Assembly: GCA_963763775.1 (NCBI GenBank)
Contig: CAVXPZ010000004.1
Coordinates: 192,001-256,000 of the forward strand
From: an uncultured Chloroflexia bacterium
Lineage (GTDB): Bacteria > Chloroflexota > Limnocylindria > Limnocylindrales > CSP1-4
DNA length: 64,000 nucleotides
Direction of reading: 5' to 3'
How positions within the stretch are numbered: position 1 is the stretch's first letter; every line of letters starts with the position of its first letter. Below are positions 19,899 through 30,784 of this stretch, in pieces. A program made the position numbers and the translations under genes. The notes beneath the pieces were generated by a model. The model had not been told where the DNA came from and made no database searches. It worked only from the letters and a program-made list of their open reading frames with translations.

Positions 19899-21020
19899 TG
19901 TCCCCGGACACGGTTCGCGGGCGCCTCGTCCTCGAGGACCGGGTCGCGACCGGCCGGATCGCCATCGAGGGCGGCCGGATCACCGCGGTCGAACTCGACG
20001 ACCGACCGGACGACACCGCCCCGTACCTGGCGCCGGGCTTCGTGGACGTCCACGTCCACGGCTGGGGCGGCCACGACGCGATGGGCGATGGCGCCGCGCT
20101 CGACGGGATGGCGCGATGCCTGCTGAGCCGGGGCGTGACCGCGTTCCTGCCGACGGCGGTCACGGCGCCGATCGAGACGCTCGTCGGCTTCGCCGAGCGC
20201 GTCCGCACCTGGATCCCGCGGGCGCCGATCGACGGCGCCGAGCCCCTGGGGTTCAACCTTGAAGGCCCGTTCCTCGCCCCGGCGCGCCGCGGCGCGCACG
20301 ACGCCGCCCTCCTCCAGGTCCCGGCCGACATCCCGCGCTCGGCGCTCGAGCCGCTCATCGACGGCCTGCGGCTCGATCACGATCGCGCCGGAACTGCCGG
20401 GGGCCACGGACCTCATCGCCTGGCTCCGTGAGCGCGGCGTGGCGAGCTCGGTCGGCCACTCGGCGGCGACGGTCGAGGAGGCCCGCGACGGCTACCGGGC
20501 CGGCGCCCGCTCGACGACCCACCTCTTCAACGCGATGAGCGGCATCGACCACCGGAGCCCCGGGGTCGCCGTCGCGGCCCTCCTCGACGACGAGGCCTAC
20601 GTCGAGCTGATCGCCGACGGGATCCACGTCGACCGCGCGTTGTGGCCGCTGGTCGCCCGGCTCAAGCCGGCGGACCGGTTGGTCCTCGTCAGCGACGCCG
20701 TCGCCCTCGCCGGGACCGGCGACGGCCGCGGGCGGATCGGCGGCCTGGACGTCGAGGTGGTCGGCGAGCGCGTGACGCTCTCGGGGACGACGACGCTGGC
20801 AGGCTCGGTGATCGCGCTCGACAACGCGGTCCGCCAGCTCGTGGCGAGCGGGGTGGCCCTCCCTGCCGCCGTCGCCGCCGCGAGCGCGAACCCGCTGGCA
20901 TTGCTCGGGGTGACGGACCGTGGCCGGATCGCCGTGGGCCAGCGCGCGGACCTCGTCGAGCTCGACGACGGGCTCGAGGTCCGTCGCGTCATGCGCGGCG
21001 GGGCCTGGATCCCGGGTTAG
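19898..21020 (+). CDS. nagA: N-acetylglucosamine-6-phosphate deacetylase (apparent +1 frameshift near 20375)
   Basis: PGFVDVHVHG and LEGPF in one frame; TIAPE, GHS, THLFNAM, IADGIHV, VSDA, LAGS in the next. Confidence 0.88.
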
Positions 21021-21805
21021 CGCGGCGGCATCGCCGCCATCGTGCGCTCGATGTCCTCGATCATCCGGACGGTCGCCTCGGTCACGACCTTGAGGTAGCC
21101 CTCGCCGTACTCGACCGAGGACTCGCGCGCGTCGCCCCATGTCCCCGACTGCGACGCGCTGTGGACCGACCCCGGGGCCGAGAAGAAGAACGCGGTGTGG
21201 ACCGCGGCCGGCGCGGCGACATCGGGGAACGGCGGCATCTCGGCGTTCGCGCGCTCGAGGTCCACCAGGCCCGGATCGATCGCCATGACCGCGGAGGTCT
21301 CGGCGCGGTTGGCATGCAGCCCGGCGGTCGGGCCGAAGTACTCTCCCGCCTCCTCGGCGGTCATCCCGTCCCAGTAGTTGACCGGGAAGGCGCGCGTCCC
21401 GGCGGGCAGCCGGTCGGCGGCGTTCGCGCAGGCGTAGGCGATCGCATACGTGTTGTCGTAGTGGCCGTTGAGGAACACGATCCGCCGGAACCCGATCGAG
21501 GCCAGCGAGGCGCACAGGTCCTCGACGAGCGCCATGAACGTCGGGATCCGGATGTGGACGAGGCCCGGGAACCCGACGTGCGGGTACGACAGCCCGTAGT
21601 TGATGGGCGGGGCCACGACCGCGCCGACACGCGGCGCGACACGCCGGGCGACCTCGGTCGGCACCAGCGCGTCGGTCAGCAGCGGACCATGCGGCCCGTG
21701 CTGCTCCGTGGAGCCGGTCGGCACGATGACCGTCTGATGCTCGCGCAGGAAGGCCTCGACCTCCGGACTCGTCATCTCCCCGAGGAACACGGTCGCCGGC
21801 TTCAT
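21017..21805 (-). CDS. Creatininase family amidohydrolase
   Basis: 262 aa: PTGSTEQHGPHGPLLTD, NGHYDN, HANRAETS. Confidence 0.92.
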   Translation of the reverse strand: MKPATVFLGEMTSPEVEAFLREHQTVIVPTGSTEQHGPHGPLLTDALVPTEVARRVAPRVGAVVAPPINYGLSYPHVGFPGLVHIRIPTFMALVEDLCASLASIGFRRIVFLNGHYDNTYAIAYACANAADRLPAGTRAFPVNYWDGMTAEEAGEYFGPTAGLHANRAETSAVMAIDPGLVDLERANAEMPPFPDVAAPAAVHTAFFFSAPGSVHSASQSGTWGDARESSVEYGEGYLKVVTEATVRMIEDIERTMAAMPPR

Positions 21806-21828
21806 GGTTCGGTCCTCCTGCTCGCGCG

Positions 21829-22677
21829 TCAGGCGATGGTGGTGGCCAGTTCCCCGATCCCGTCGATCCAGACCGTCACCCGGTCCCCGGCCTGGAGGTG
21901 CCGTTCCGGGCCGAGCGGCCCGTCGAGTCGCGGCGGCGTGCCCGTGGCGATGAGGTCGCCCGGCCGCAGCGTCATGTGGCGGCTCAGATACGCGATGACG
22001 TCCGCGATCGAGGTCCGCATCTCGGTCGTGCGACCGTCCTGGACCGCGACGCCGTTGATCGTGCACCCGAGACGCAGGTCGGCCGGGTCCAGCTCGTCGG
22101 CCGTCACCACCCACGGCCCGACCGGGCAGAAGCCCGGCATCGACTTGCCGAGCAGCCACTGGTCGCCGTCGAGCCACGGGTCGCGCGACGAGACGTCGTT
22201 GATGCAGGTGTACCCGAAGACGTGCTCGAGGGCGTCGGCGGCCGACACGTTCGTGGCCGTGACCCCGATCACCACGCCGAGCTCGCATTCGGCGTCGACC
22301 TCGGCCGTGATGGTGCGATCCCAGGTGAGCGTGGCTCCGTGTCCCGCGACGGCGGTCGCGGCCTTGCCGAAGATCAGCGGCCGGGCTCGCGGGCCGGCGT
22401 CGTGCTCCCCGAGCCCGCGGTAGTTCTCGCCGACCGTGTAGATCGCCCCAGGGTCCGGGAGCGCCGGGCCGTAGGTGACCGCATCCGCGTCGAGTCCGGC
22501 ATCGGGTGGCTGCGCGTCGACCCACGCCGCGATGCGGTGGACGGCGTCCGTGCCGCGTCCGGCGATCTCGCGGACGGATGCCCCGAGGTCGGCGTCCGGC
22601 GGCAACGGCAGGCAGCGGTCGCGCTCGATGACGGCGACGACCAGCCGACCATGATCGAGGATCGTCGCGAGCCGCAT
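21829..22677 (-). CDS. Fumarylacetoacetate hydrolase family protein
   Basis: 282 aa: DAECELGVVIG, GYTCINDVSSRD, GKS, PGDLIATGTP. Confidence 0.93.
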   Translation of the reverse strand: MRLATILDHGRLVVAVIERDRCLPLPPDADLGASVREIAGRGTDAVHRIAAWVDAQPPDAGLDADAVTYGPALPDPGAIYTVGENYRGLGEHDAGPRARPLIFGKAATAVAGHGATLTWDRTITAEVDAECELGVVIGVTATNVSAADALEHVFGYTCINDVSSRDPWLDGDQWLLGKSMPGFCPVGPWVVTADELDPADLRLGCTINGVAVQDGRTTEMRTSIADVIAYLSRHMTLRPGDLIATGTPPRLDGPLGPERHLQAGDRVTVWIDGIGELATTIA

Positions 22678-22680
22678 CGG

Positions 22681-23538
22681 TCAGGCCCGAGCCGTTGGGT
22701 CGGCGAGGAGCGGCGCGACCGCGGCGCGCATCACGTCGGCCATCCCGGCCACGCCGGTCCAGCGCTCGAAGGCGGTCGCGGCCTGGGCGATGAGCATCTC
22801 GGAGCCGTTCGCGGCGCGCAGGCCGAGTGCGCGAGCCGCGGCGAGCAGCGGCGTCTCGACCGGGACGTAGACGAGGTCGAAGACCGTGGCCGACGCGGGG
22901 AGCCGCTCGACGGGGATCGCCGCGCCGGGATCCAGCATCCCGACCGTGGTCGCGTTCACGGCGACGTCCGCCGTGCGGAGCGCCGCCTCGAAAGCGGGGT
23001 CGCCGAGGGCCACCGCGGTCCGGGTCCCCGCGCCGATATCGCGGAAGCGCTCCACCAGGGCCGCCGCCGACGCCGGCGTCCGGTTCGCGACCGTGACGCG
23101 CGACGCGCCGGCGCCCAGGCAGGCGAAGACGACCGCGTGGGCGGCCCCGCCGGCGCCGGCCACGACGACCTCGGCGCCGGCGAGCGAGCGGCCCATCGCG
23201 AGCTCCACGCCGGCTCGGAAGCCGGGGGCGTCGGTGTTGAACCCGACGAGCCCGCCATCCGCGGTGCGGGCGACGTTGTTGACGGCACCGATGGTCTGCG
23301 CGTCCGGTTCCACCGCGTCCACGAGACCCGCCACGATCCGCTTGTACGGCGCGGTCACCCCGAGCCCGAGCCATCCCGGGCCGCGAGCCTCGCGGACCGC
23401 GTCCTCCACGGCGTCCGGCTCCAGCTCGAGCAGGACGTAGCGGGCGTCGATCCCCGCGGCGTCGAAGGCGGCGTCCTGCATCACCTGCGAATGCCGCCGT
23501 TTGAGGGGCTTGCCGATCAGCCCGACCCGCTGGGTCAT
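22681..23538 (-). CDS. aroE: Shikimate/quinate dehydrogenase family protein
   Basis: 285 aa: VTAPYK, IGAVN, GFNTDAPGF, GAGGAA, VNATTVGM, DLVY. Confidence 0.85.
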   Translation of the reverse strand: MTQRVGLIGKPLKRRHSQVMQDAAFDAAGIDARYVLLELEPDAVEDAVREARGPGWLGLGVTAPYKRIVAGLVDAVEPDAQTIGAVNNVARTADGGLVGFNTDAPGFRAGVELAMGRSLAGAEVVVAGAGGAAHAVVFACLGAGASRVTVANRTPASAAALVERFRDIGAGTRTAVALGDPAFEAALRTADVAVNATTVGMLDPGAAIPVERLPASATVFDLVYVPVETPLLAAARALGLRAANGSEMLIAQAATAFERWTGVAGMADVMRAAVAPLLADPTARA

Positions 23539-24579
23539 CGCCAGGGGGTCGGCGGGCGGCGGACGGGTCCCGCCGTCGCGGGGAACGTGACGTTCGGGAT
23601 GATGCGGTCGACCCACAGCTGGAGCTGGGCCGGATCGGGGGTCATCGTGTGCAGGAAGAAGTACTCGACGCCGGCGTCCACGCGCGCCTGGAGCGACGCG
23701 ATGATCTCGTCGGGCGTCCCGAACAGGTAGACCGACTCGAGGTACTCCGGCCCGCGCTCGGCGCTCATGACCTTGAGGAACGCCTCGTGCTGCTGCCGGC
23801 GCGCCTCGACCGGGTCGTCGGTCATGACCAGGTGCAGGAAGTTCTCGTGGGCGACGAGCGTGTCGGACGGGTCCTTGCCGGCCTCGCGCATCGCCGCCTG
23901 GAGCTCGTCCCAGTCCCGGGCGATGTCCGGCGGCGGGCAGGTGGGGCGCGGGATCCAGCCGTCGGCCCTGACGGTCCGGCGCTTGACCGAGTCCACGAAC
24001 TTCGGCAGGTCCGGCGACTTGGGGGACGCCAGGCTGCGAGCCGCCGCCGATCCAGAGCAGCGGACGCTGGGCGGAGCGCGGCTCGATCGAGACGTCGTCG
24101 ACCGAGTAGAACTGGCCGTGGTACGTGACGGTCTCGCCCTCGAGGAGCGGCATCATGATGTCGAGCATCTCGTCCGTGCGCTTCCCGCGCTCCGACTTCT
24201 TGACGCCGACGGCCTCGTACTCGACGTCATTCCACCCGACGCCGGCGCCCAGGATCACGCGGTCCTCGGACAGGAACTGGAGCGTCGCGAGCTCCTTGGC
24301 CAGGATGACCGGGTTGCGCAGCGGCATGATCAGGATCGACGTGCCCAGGCGCACGCGCTCCGTCGCGCCGGCGGCCACGGCGAGCGTCGTCAGCGGCTCG
24401 AGCCAGTTGACCGAGTAGAACCGCTTGCCGACCAGCAGATGGTCGGTGATGAAGAGCGAGTCGAACCCGAGCTCCTCGACGGTGCGGGCGAACTGCTTGA
24501 TCCCCCGCGCCCGTTCGGCGCCGTCACCGTCCCAGATGTACGACGGCAGGAAGACCCCGAACCGTCCGACTTCGGCCAT
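23535..24579 (-). CDS. LLM class flavin/F420-dependent oxidoreductase (apparent +1 frameshift near 24032)
   Basis: GFDSLFITDH, RVRLGTSIL, GAGVGW, LWIGG, then ADGWIP in ORF 23535..23996. Confidence 0.88.
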
Positions 24580-24612
24580 GTGGCAGATCCCTCCGTTGGT
24601 GGTGCGATGGAC

Positions 24613-25392
24613 TCAGCGACCCCGGTAGACGGGGTCACGCTTCTCGAAGAAGGACGCGGCGCCCTCGAGCATGTCGTCGGTGGCGAAGACGCGTTGCGAG
24701 GCATCGGTCTCGGCCGTCAGGCCTGCGCCGATCTCCGTCTCGAGCGCCAGGTCGACGAGCCGCTTCGCCTCGCGGACCGCGACCGGGCCGCGCATCGCGA
24801 TCTCCTCGCCGATGGCGGTCGCACGGGCGACGGCCTGCCCGGCCGGCACGACCTCGTGCACGAGGCCGATGCGCTCGGCCTCCTCGGCCGAGAGCACCTT
24901 GCCGGTCAGGATCAGCTCCTTGGCCCTGGCCGGCCCCACGATGCGAGGCAGGCGCTGCGTGCCACCGGCGCCCGGCGTCACCGCCAGGCGGACCTCCGGC
25001 AGGCCGAGTCGCGCGCGCTCCGACGCGATCCGCAAGTCGCAGCAGAGGGCCAGCTCCAGACCGCCGCCGAGGGCATTGCCCTCGATGGCGGCGATGGTCG
25101 GCATCGGCAGCTCGGCGAGGCGTCGGGCCACCCTCGACTCGAGCTCGTGGCGCGCCCGGCCGGCCGGTCCGCGCTGGGCTTCGAACTCGCCGACGTGCGA
25201 GCCGGCCGAGAACGCGCGCTCGCCCTCGCCGGTGACGACCACGGCCCGAACGTCGCCCGGGTCCGCCGCCTCGAGCGTCGCGAGGGCGACCTCGAAGGAC
25301 GCGAGCAAGGCCTCGGTCACGAGGTTGAGCGGCGGGTTGTCGATCGTCAGGCGGGCGACCGCGCCGAGGTCCAGGCGGATCCGGTCACTCAC
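24613..25392 (-). CDS. Enoyl-CoA hydratase/isomerase family protein
   Basis: 259 aa: AFSAG, ALGGGLELAL, GLPEV, PGAGGTQRLPR. Confidence 0.93.
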   Translation of the reverse strand: MSDRIRLDLGAVARLTIDNPPLNLVTEALLASFEVALATLEAADPGDVRAVVVTGEGERAFSAGSHVGEFEAQRGPAGRARHELESRVARRLAELPMPTIAAIEGNALGGGLELALCCDLRIASERARLGLPEVRLAVTPGAGGTQRLPRIVGPARAKELILTGKVLSAEEAERIGLVHEVVPAGQAVARATAIGEEIAMRGPVAVREAKRLVDLALETEIGAGLTAETDASQRVFATDDMLEGAASFFEKRDPVYRGR

Positions 25393-26960
25393 GGGGCGGC
25401 GTCCCGGCCGAAGTCGGCGGCCAGCCCCATCGGCCCGGTGGCATACAGCCGGGCGTCCATCGTCCGCAGGTCCGCGGCGACACGCGGGCGGAATCCCATC
25501 TGGCCGAGGACGTCGCGCGCGACGTCGATGCCGGGCGCCACCTCGATCAGGACCAGCCCGTCGTCCTCGAGCGCGAACACGGCTCGCTCGGTGATGTAGC
25601 GGACCTGCTGCCCGCGCTCCCGGGCGAGGCGGCCGTTGAAGGAGATCTCCTTGACCTCGGCCACGAACTTCGGCATCGAGCCCTCGCGGGCGATGCGCAC
25701 GCCGCCGTCGATCTCGAGCTCGAGGCCCTTCGCCGTGAGCGTCCCGACGAAGTTGATCTTGCGAGTCTTCGCGCTGATGTTCGGGAAGCCGCCCGGCCCG
25801 CGGACGCGGCCCTCGAACGCGTGGACGTTCACGTTGCCGTCGGCGTCCACCTCGGCGAACGACAGGCTGGCCACGTCGAGGCCGCCGCCGTCGTAGAAGT
25901 CGAACATGTACGGCTGGTCGATCATCGCCTGGTAGTTGAAGCCGGCGCCGCCCTCGTTGCCCGCGACCGGCACCCCGCCGAAGATCCCCTGCTCGACGGT
26001 CAGGACGAGCTGGTCGGTGATGCCCTCTTCCCAGGCCACGCGCCCGATGAGCTGGCTGATCCCGAAGCCCAGGTTGCAGATCGCCCCGGCCGGGAACTCG
26101 AGCAGCGACCGGCGGGCGATGATCTTTCGGACGTCGAGCGGGAGTGGCGGCTCGGGGCGGACCGGGCGACGCAGCGCCCCGGCGTAGTACGGCGAGTCCT
26201 TCGTGATGTAGGTCTGCCACTGGTCCGGGTCCACGTAGACGTGGTCGATGAGGGCTCCCGGGACCTTCACGTCGCGCATCCGCAGGCTGCCGCGCGTCGC
26301 GAGCTGGCGGACCTGGGCGATGACGATCCCTCCGCTGTTGCGCGCCGCCATCGCCATCGCGAGCATCTCGCCCTGGACCGCCTCGCCCTCCATCGTCAGG
26401 TTGCCGTCCTCGTCCGCCGTCGTGCCGCGGATGACCGCGACGTCGATCGGGAACGCGTGGAACAGCAGCCACTCGCGGCCGCGGATCGTCACGACCTCGA
26501 CGAGGTCCTCGGTCGTTCGGGCGTTCTGCTTGCCACCGGTGTGCCGCGGATCGACGTAGGTCCCCAGCCCGACCTGGGTCAGCACACCCGGCCGTCCGGC
26601 GGCGATCTCGCGCATCAGCTGCGACAGCACGCCCTGCGGGAAGGAGTACGACTCGATCTCATCGGCCTCGACGAGCGCCCCGAGCCGCGGCTCGTTGCCG
26701 ATGTTGCTGCCGATGGTCCGGCGCATGAGCCCGGAGAGCCCGAGCTGCGAGAACCCGCGGTCGGCGAAGTCGCCGATCCCGACGACGCGGACCGTCGTCA
26801 GGTCGCGCGGATGGCCCTCGGCCGCGTAGACCGCAGCCAGCTCGTCGATGAACCGCTGGGGCAGCGCGTGTCCCGCACCCGATCCGCCGATCACGACGGT
26901 GCTCCCGTCGCGAACCAGCCCGACCGCCTCCCGGACCTCGAGGACCTTTGCCTGCTTCAT
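25389..26960 (-). CDS. Acyl-CoA:acetate/3-ketoacid CoA-transferase (YdiF/Pct-like, fused alpha/beta)
   Basis: 523 aa: GLGTYVDPR, RGTTADEDGN, NLGFGI, TVEQG, GPGGFPNIS, YITERAVF. Confidence 0.92.
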   Translation of the reverse strand: MKQAKVLEVREAVGLVRDGSTVVIGGSGAGHALPQRFIDELAAVYAAEGHPRDLTTVRVVGIGDFADRGFSQLGLSGLMRRTIGSNIGNEPRLGALVEADEIESYSFPQGVLSQLMREIAAGRPGVLTQVGLGTYVDPRHTGGKQNARTTEDLVEVVTIRGREWLLFHAFPIDVAVIRGTTADEDGNLTMEGEAVQGEMLAMAMAARNSGGIVIAQVRQLATRGSLRMRDVKVPGALIDHVYVDPDQWQTYITKDSPYYAGALRRPVRPEPPLPLDVRKIIARRSLLEFPAGAICNLGFGISQLIGRVAWEEGITDQLVLTVEQGIFGGVPVAGNEGGAGFNYQAMIDQPYMFDFYDGGGLDVASLSFAEVDADGNVNVHAFEGRVRGPGGFPNISAKTRKINFVGTLTAKGLELEIDGGVRIAREGSMPKFVAEVKEISFNGRLARERGQQVRYITERAVFALEDDGLVLIEVAPGIDVARDVLGQMGFRPRVAADLRTMDARLYATGPMGLAADFGRDAAP

Positions 26961-27715
26961 GGCATGTACCCCCCGGCGTTCGGGTTGAGCGTCTGGCCCA
27001 GGTACAGGCTGGCGGCGTCGGAGAGCAGGAAGATGACCGAGTCGGCTACCTCGTCGGCGCGCCCGTAGCGCCCGAGCGGCATGTCCCGGAGGCGGCGGCG
27101 GCCCTCCTCGCTGTCGACGAGATCGGCCGTCATCTCGGTGACGGTGACACCGGGGGCCACGGCGTTGATGCGCACGCCACGCGGCCCGAACTCCCGCGCA
27201 AGGGCTCGGGTCAGGCCGATGAGCCCGGCCTTGGCCGCGCTGTACGCGGCGGTCTCCGCGATCCCCATCTGCCCGAGGCGTGACGCGACGTTCACGATCG
27301 AGCCGCTCCCCCGCTCCGCCATCGAGGGCAGGACCGCGCGGCACGTGTGGAACGCGGCGCTGAGGTCCGTCGCGATCACCTCGTCCCACTGGGCCGGCTC
27401 GGTGTCGAGGAACGGGCCGACGAGCGTCCGGCCGGCGTTGTTGACCAGGCCGTCGATCCGGCCGAAGCGTTCGATGACCGCGGTCACGAGTCCGGCCGCC
27501 GAGACGCCGTCGGCGATGTCGGCCGCGAACACCGCGCCGTCGCCACCCGCGTCGCGGACGCGTGCCAACGTGCGATCGGCCCCGTCCGCGGACTGGTGGT
27601 AGTGCACCGCGACGATCGCGCCCTCGGCCCCGGCCTTGACGGCCACCTCGGCGCCGATGCCCTTGCTGCTGCCGGTCACCAGCACGACCCGGCCGGCGAG
27701 CATCCCGGCCATCAC
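26957..27715 (-). CDS. SDR family oxidoreductase (FabG-like)
   Basis: 252 aa: TGSSKGIG, NNAG, YSAAK. Confidence 0.93.
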   Translation of the reverse strand: MMAGMLAGRVVLVTGSSKGIGAEVAVKAGAEGAIVAVHYHQSADGADRTLARVRDAGGDGAVFAADIADGVSAAGLVTAVIERFGRIDGLVNNAGRTLVGPFLDTEPAQWDEVIATDLSAAFHTCRAVLPSMAERGSGSIVNVASRLGQMGIAETAAYSAAKAGLIGLTRALAREFGPRGVRINAVAPGVTVTEMTADLVDSEEGRRRLRDMPLGRYGRADEVADSVIFLLSDAASLYLGQTLNPNAGGYMP

Positions 27716-28782
27716 GCCGCACCCGGCGCGGCGCGTCGCTCGCCGAGCGACCCGGGCAAGGCGGTCGGCGGCGGCGGCGCGGTCGACCCGCGCATCGCCA
27801 GGGTCGTCGGCAGGACCTCCCGGCGCGGCGACCCGCCGGCCAGCTGGCGTTCGGCGAACCGGAACCCGCGGCGGCCGATCTCCTGCAGCGGCAGGCGCAC
27901 GGTGGACAAGGCCGGCGTCGCCATCGGGGCGGTCTGGATGTCGTCGAAGCCGGCGACGGACACCTCGTCCGGCACGGCGATCCCGAGGTCCGCCAGGCGC
28001 TGGAGCGCGCCGAGGGCGAGCAGGTCGTTGGCCGCGCAGACCGCCGTGAACGGCGCCGCCCCGGCGAGCAGCAGGTCGATCCCCAGGGCGCCGCCTTCAC
28101 GGTTGAAGCCGGTGCTCACGATGCGTCGCTCGTCGACTGGGATCCCGGCCTCGGCCAGCCCGCGGCGGTAGCCGTCCGCACGCTGGCGCGCGACAAAGAG
28201 CGACGTCGGGCCGGACAGGAAGGCGATGTCCCGGTGCCCCAGGCGGACCAGCTCGGCCACCATGCTCGCGACGCCCTCGGCGTTGTCGACGCCGACATCG
28301 GCCTCGCCGAACGCGTGGGGCGACAGGTGGACGACGGCCGCGCCGTAGTCGCGCATCGCGTCGAGGTGCTTGCGGATCTCCTCGTTGACCTCGGGGTCGT
28401 CGAGGCCGCTGCCCGCGAAGATCAGGGTCGCGGCGCGCATCGAGCGGAGGAGCCGCACATACGAGTTCTCGCGCTCGGCGATCCGGTCCGAGCTGCACGT
28501 CACGACCAGGTAGCCGCCGAGCGCGGCGGCGTCCTCGACGCCGCGCACGATCTCGGCGAAGTACGGGTCCGTGATGTCGTGCACGACCACGCCGACGACC
28601 GGGATGTAGCTCTTGAGGAGGCCGCGGGCGAGCGCGTTCGGGACGTAGTCCAGGGTCTGCGCCGCATCGAGCACACGAGCCCGCGTCGCGGCGCTGACCG
28701 CGTACGGCGACGACGAGACCACTCGCGAGACGGTCGCCGTGGACACCCCGGCGAGCTTGGCGACGTCGGTGATGGACGCCAT
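27712..28782 (-). CDS. LacI family transcriptional regulator
   Basis: 356 aa: SITDVAKLAGVSTATVSRV, VSVAGFDDI. Confidence 0.94.
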   Translation of the reverse strand: MASITDVAKLAGVSTATVSRVVSSSPYAVSAATRARVLDAAQTLDYVPNALARGLLKSYIPVVGVVVHDITDPYFAEIVRGVEDAAALGGYLVVTCSSDRIAERENSYVRLLRSMRAATLIFAGSGLDDPEVNEEIRKHLDAMRDYGAAVVHLSPHAFGEADVGVDNAEGVASMVAELVRLGHRDIAFLSGPTSLFVARQRADGYRRGLAEAGIPVDERRIVSTGFNREGGALGIDLLLAGAAPFTAVCAANDLLALGALQRLADLGIAVPDEVSVAGFDDIQTAPMATPALSTVRLPLQEIGRRGFRFAERQLAGGSPRREVLPTTLAMRGSTAPPPPTALPGSLGERRAAPGAA

Positions 28783-30260
28783 CAGAAGGGGAACGTCGGC
28801 GGCTCGTCGCGCATCGTCACCCACTGCCACTCGGTGAACGTGTCGAGGCTGGCCTCGCCGCCGTACCGGCCGCCGTTGCCCGAGTCGCCCATGCCGCCGA
28901 ACGGGATGATCGCCTCGTCGTTGAGGGTCCCGTCGTTGATGTGGACCATGCCCGTGCGCATCCGGTCGGCGACCGCGAGACCTCGCGCCGTCGAGCGCGT
29001 GTAGATCGACGCGACCAGCCCGTAGCTGCTCGCGTTGGCGAGGGCGATCGCCTCCTCGTCGTCGGCGAACACCGTGATCGGCGCCACCGGGCCGAAGATC
29101 TCGTCGGTGAAGGCCGGCATGTCGGGCGTGACCGAGGTCAGCACGGTCGGGCGGTAGAACAGGCCCTCGAAGGTGGCGCCTTCGTTGACGACGGCGCCCG
29201 CCTCGATGGAGCGCTGGACGATCCCGTCGACGCGGGCGATCTGCTTCTCGTTGACGATCGGCCCCAGCTGGACGTCCTCGCGGTACGGGTCACCCGTCCG
29301 CAGGCGCTTCGCCTTCTCGGTCAGGGCCGCGATGTACGCGTCGGCGACGCTCCGGTGCACGAGGTGACGACCGGCGGCGAAGCACACCTGGCCCTGGAAC
29401 TGGAACGCGGAGAACGCGCCGGCGGCGGCGGCCGCATCGAGGTCCGCGTCGTCGAGGACGATGAAGGCGTTGTTGCCGCCGAGCTCGAGCGAGACCTTCT
29501 TGAGCATCCCGCCAGCGAGCTGGCCGACGCGCCGCCCGACCGCCGTCGAGCCGGTGAACGACACGACCGGGATGTTCGGGTCGGTCACGAGCGCCTCGCC
29601 GACGTCGGCGCCGCCGACGACCACCTGGAGCAGGCCGTCGGGCAGGCCGGCTTCGCGGAACACCGCGGCGAACATCGCGCCGCCGATGACCGGCGTCTGC
29701 GGATCCGGCTTGAGGACGACCGCATTGCCGAGCGCGAGCGCCGGCGCGACGACGCGCATGCCGAGCACGGACGGCGAGTTCCACGGCGTGATCGCGCCGA
29801 TGACGCCGACCGGGACCCGGCGGACCATCGAGAGCCGGCCCTTGACCGCCGACGGCATGAGCGAGCCGTACGGCTGCGACGGCAGCGTGGCCGCGTTCAG
29901 GATCTCCTGGTACGCGAAGGTCGACTCGTGGTGCATCTTGCTGTGCGACGCGCCGGTCTCGCGCTGGGTCCACGTGCCGAACTCGTCGCGGTTGGCCTCG
30001 TAGATCTCAGCCGCTCGGCGCAGGACGCGGGCGCGCTCCTGGTAGCTCGTCGCCGCCCACGCGGGCTGTGCGGCCTTGGCGGCCTCGGCAGCTCGGGCCA
30101 CGTCGTCGGGCGTCGAGCCCGGGACGGTCGCGATCAGCCGGCCGGTGGCCGGCTCGCGGTCCTCGATGGGCGCCCCGGTCCCGGGCTCCCACTGCTCGAC
30201 GAAGGATCCAAGCCAACCGGATGCCGCGGACGCCGTGGCGTCGGGTGCGATGGCGCTCAT
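28782..30260 (-). CDS. Aldehyde dehydrogenase (benzaldehyde dehydrogenase-like)
   Basis: 492 aa: ITPWN, FTGST, LELGGN, QGQVC, EIFGP, PFGG; C-terminus PPTFPF typical of aromatic ALDHs. Confidence 0.92.
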   Translation of the reverse strand: MSAIAPDATASAASGWLGSFVEQWEPGTGAPIEDREPATGRLIATVPGSTPDDVARAAEAAKAAQPAWAATSYQERARVLRRAAEIYEANRDEFGTWTQRETGASHSKMHHESTFAYQEILNAATLPSQPYGSLMPSAVKGRLSMVRRVPVGVIGAITPWNSPSVLGMRVVAPALALGNAVVLKPDPQTPVIGGAMFAAVFREAGLPDGLLQVVVGGADVGEALVTDPNIPVVSFTGSTAVGRRVGQLAGGMLKKVSLELGGNNAFIVLDDADLDAAAAAGAFSAFQFQGQVCFAAGRHLVHRSVADAYIAALTEKAKRLRTGDPYREDVQLGPIVNEKQIARVDGIVQRSIEAGAVVNEGATFEGLFYRPTVLTSVTPDMPAFTDEIFGPVAPITVFADDEEAIALANASSYGLVASIYTRSTARGLAVADRMRTGMVHINDGTLNDEAIIPFGGMGDSGNGGRYGGEASLDTFTEWQWVTMRDEPPTFPF

Positions 30261-30784
30261 CCGTGTCCTCCTTCGGGCGTTCCGGCGCCCGTCGACCAGC
30301 GTTCCTCGTAGGTTCGCGGGGCCCCGTCCGCGACGGCGCGCCGCCCGGTCGCTGGGTCGCGCCACACCGGCCCACGAGCGAGCACGGCGTCGATCAGGCC
30401 CTCATCGAGGTAGACCGGGACCTCCCACGAGCGCAGCTCCAGGGCCATCTGCCCCGGGTACCCGATCAGGTCGCGGACCCCGCGGTCGGTGTAGTAGCCG
30501 GCCACGATCACCAGCTGGAGCACGCCCAGCGTCGACGGCTCGTCCCGGCCGAGGCCGTCGAGGCGCGCGTCGACGTCGTCGCCGAGGTCGGGCCGGAGCG
30601 CGGCGCGGAGCGGCTCGACGAGGTCGGGCCGGGCGTTCAGCACGAACCGCAGGCGGTCGTCGCCGACGACATCGGCCGCGGACGGCATGCCGTGGGCGGC
30701 CGGGATCAGCCGGTCGGCGATGGCGCGCAGCGTCGCCAGCTCCGCGGCGTCCAGGCTGGCGTGCGAGTCGGCGGCGGCGGTCAT
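30257..30784 (-). CDS. Gluconate 2-dehydrogenase subunit 3-like small partner of the GMC oxidoreductase
   Basis: 175 aa: LRAIADRLIPA...MPSA...AGYYTD...IGYPG; coupled to the GMC gene. Confidence 0.75.
   Translation of the reverse strand: MTAAADSHASLDAAELATLRAIADRLIPAAHGMPSAADVVGDDRLRFVLNARPDLVEPLRAALRPDLGDDVDARLDGLGRDEPSTLGVLQLVIVAGYYTDRGVRDLIGYPGQMALELRSWEVPVYLDEGLIDAVLARGPVWRDPATGRRAVADGAPRTYEERWSTGAGTPEGGHG

Noticed and set aside
22681-24579. 632-aa LLM-shikimate dehydrogenase fusion ORF
   Set aside because: The middle segment is out-of-frame junk; one-base correction yields two separate coupled genes.
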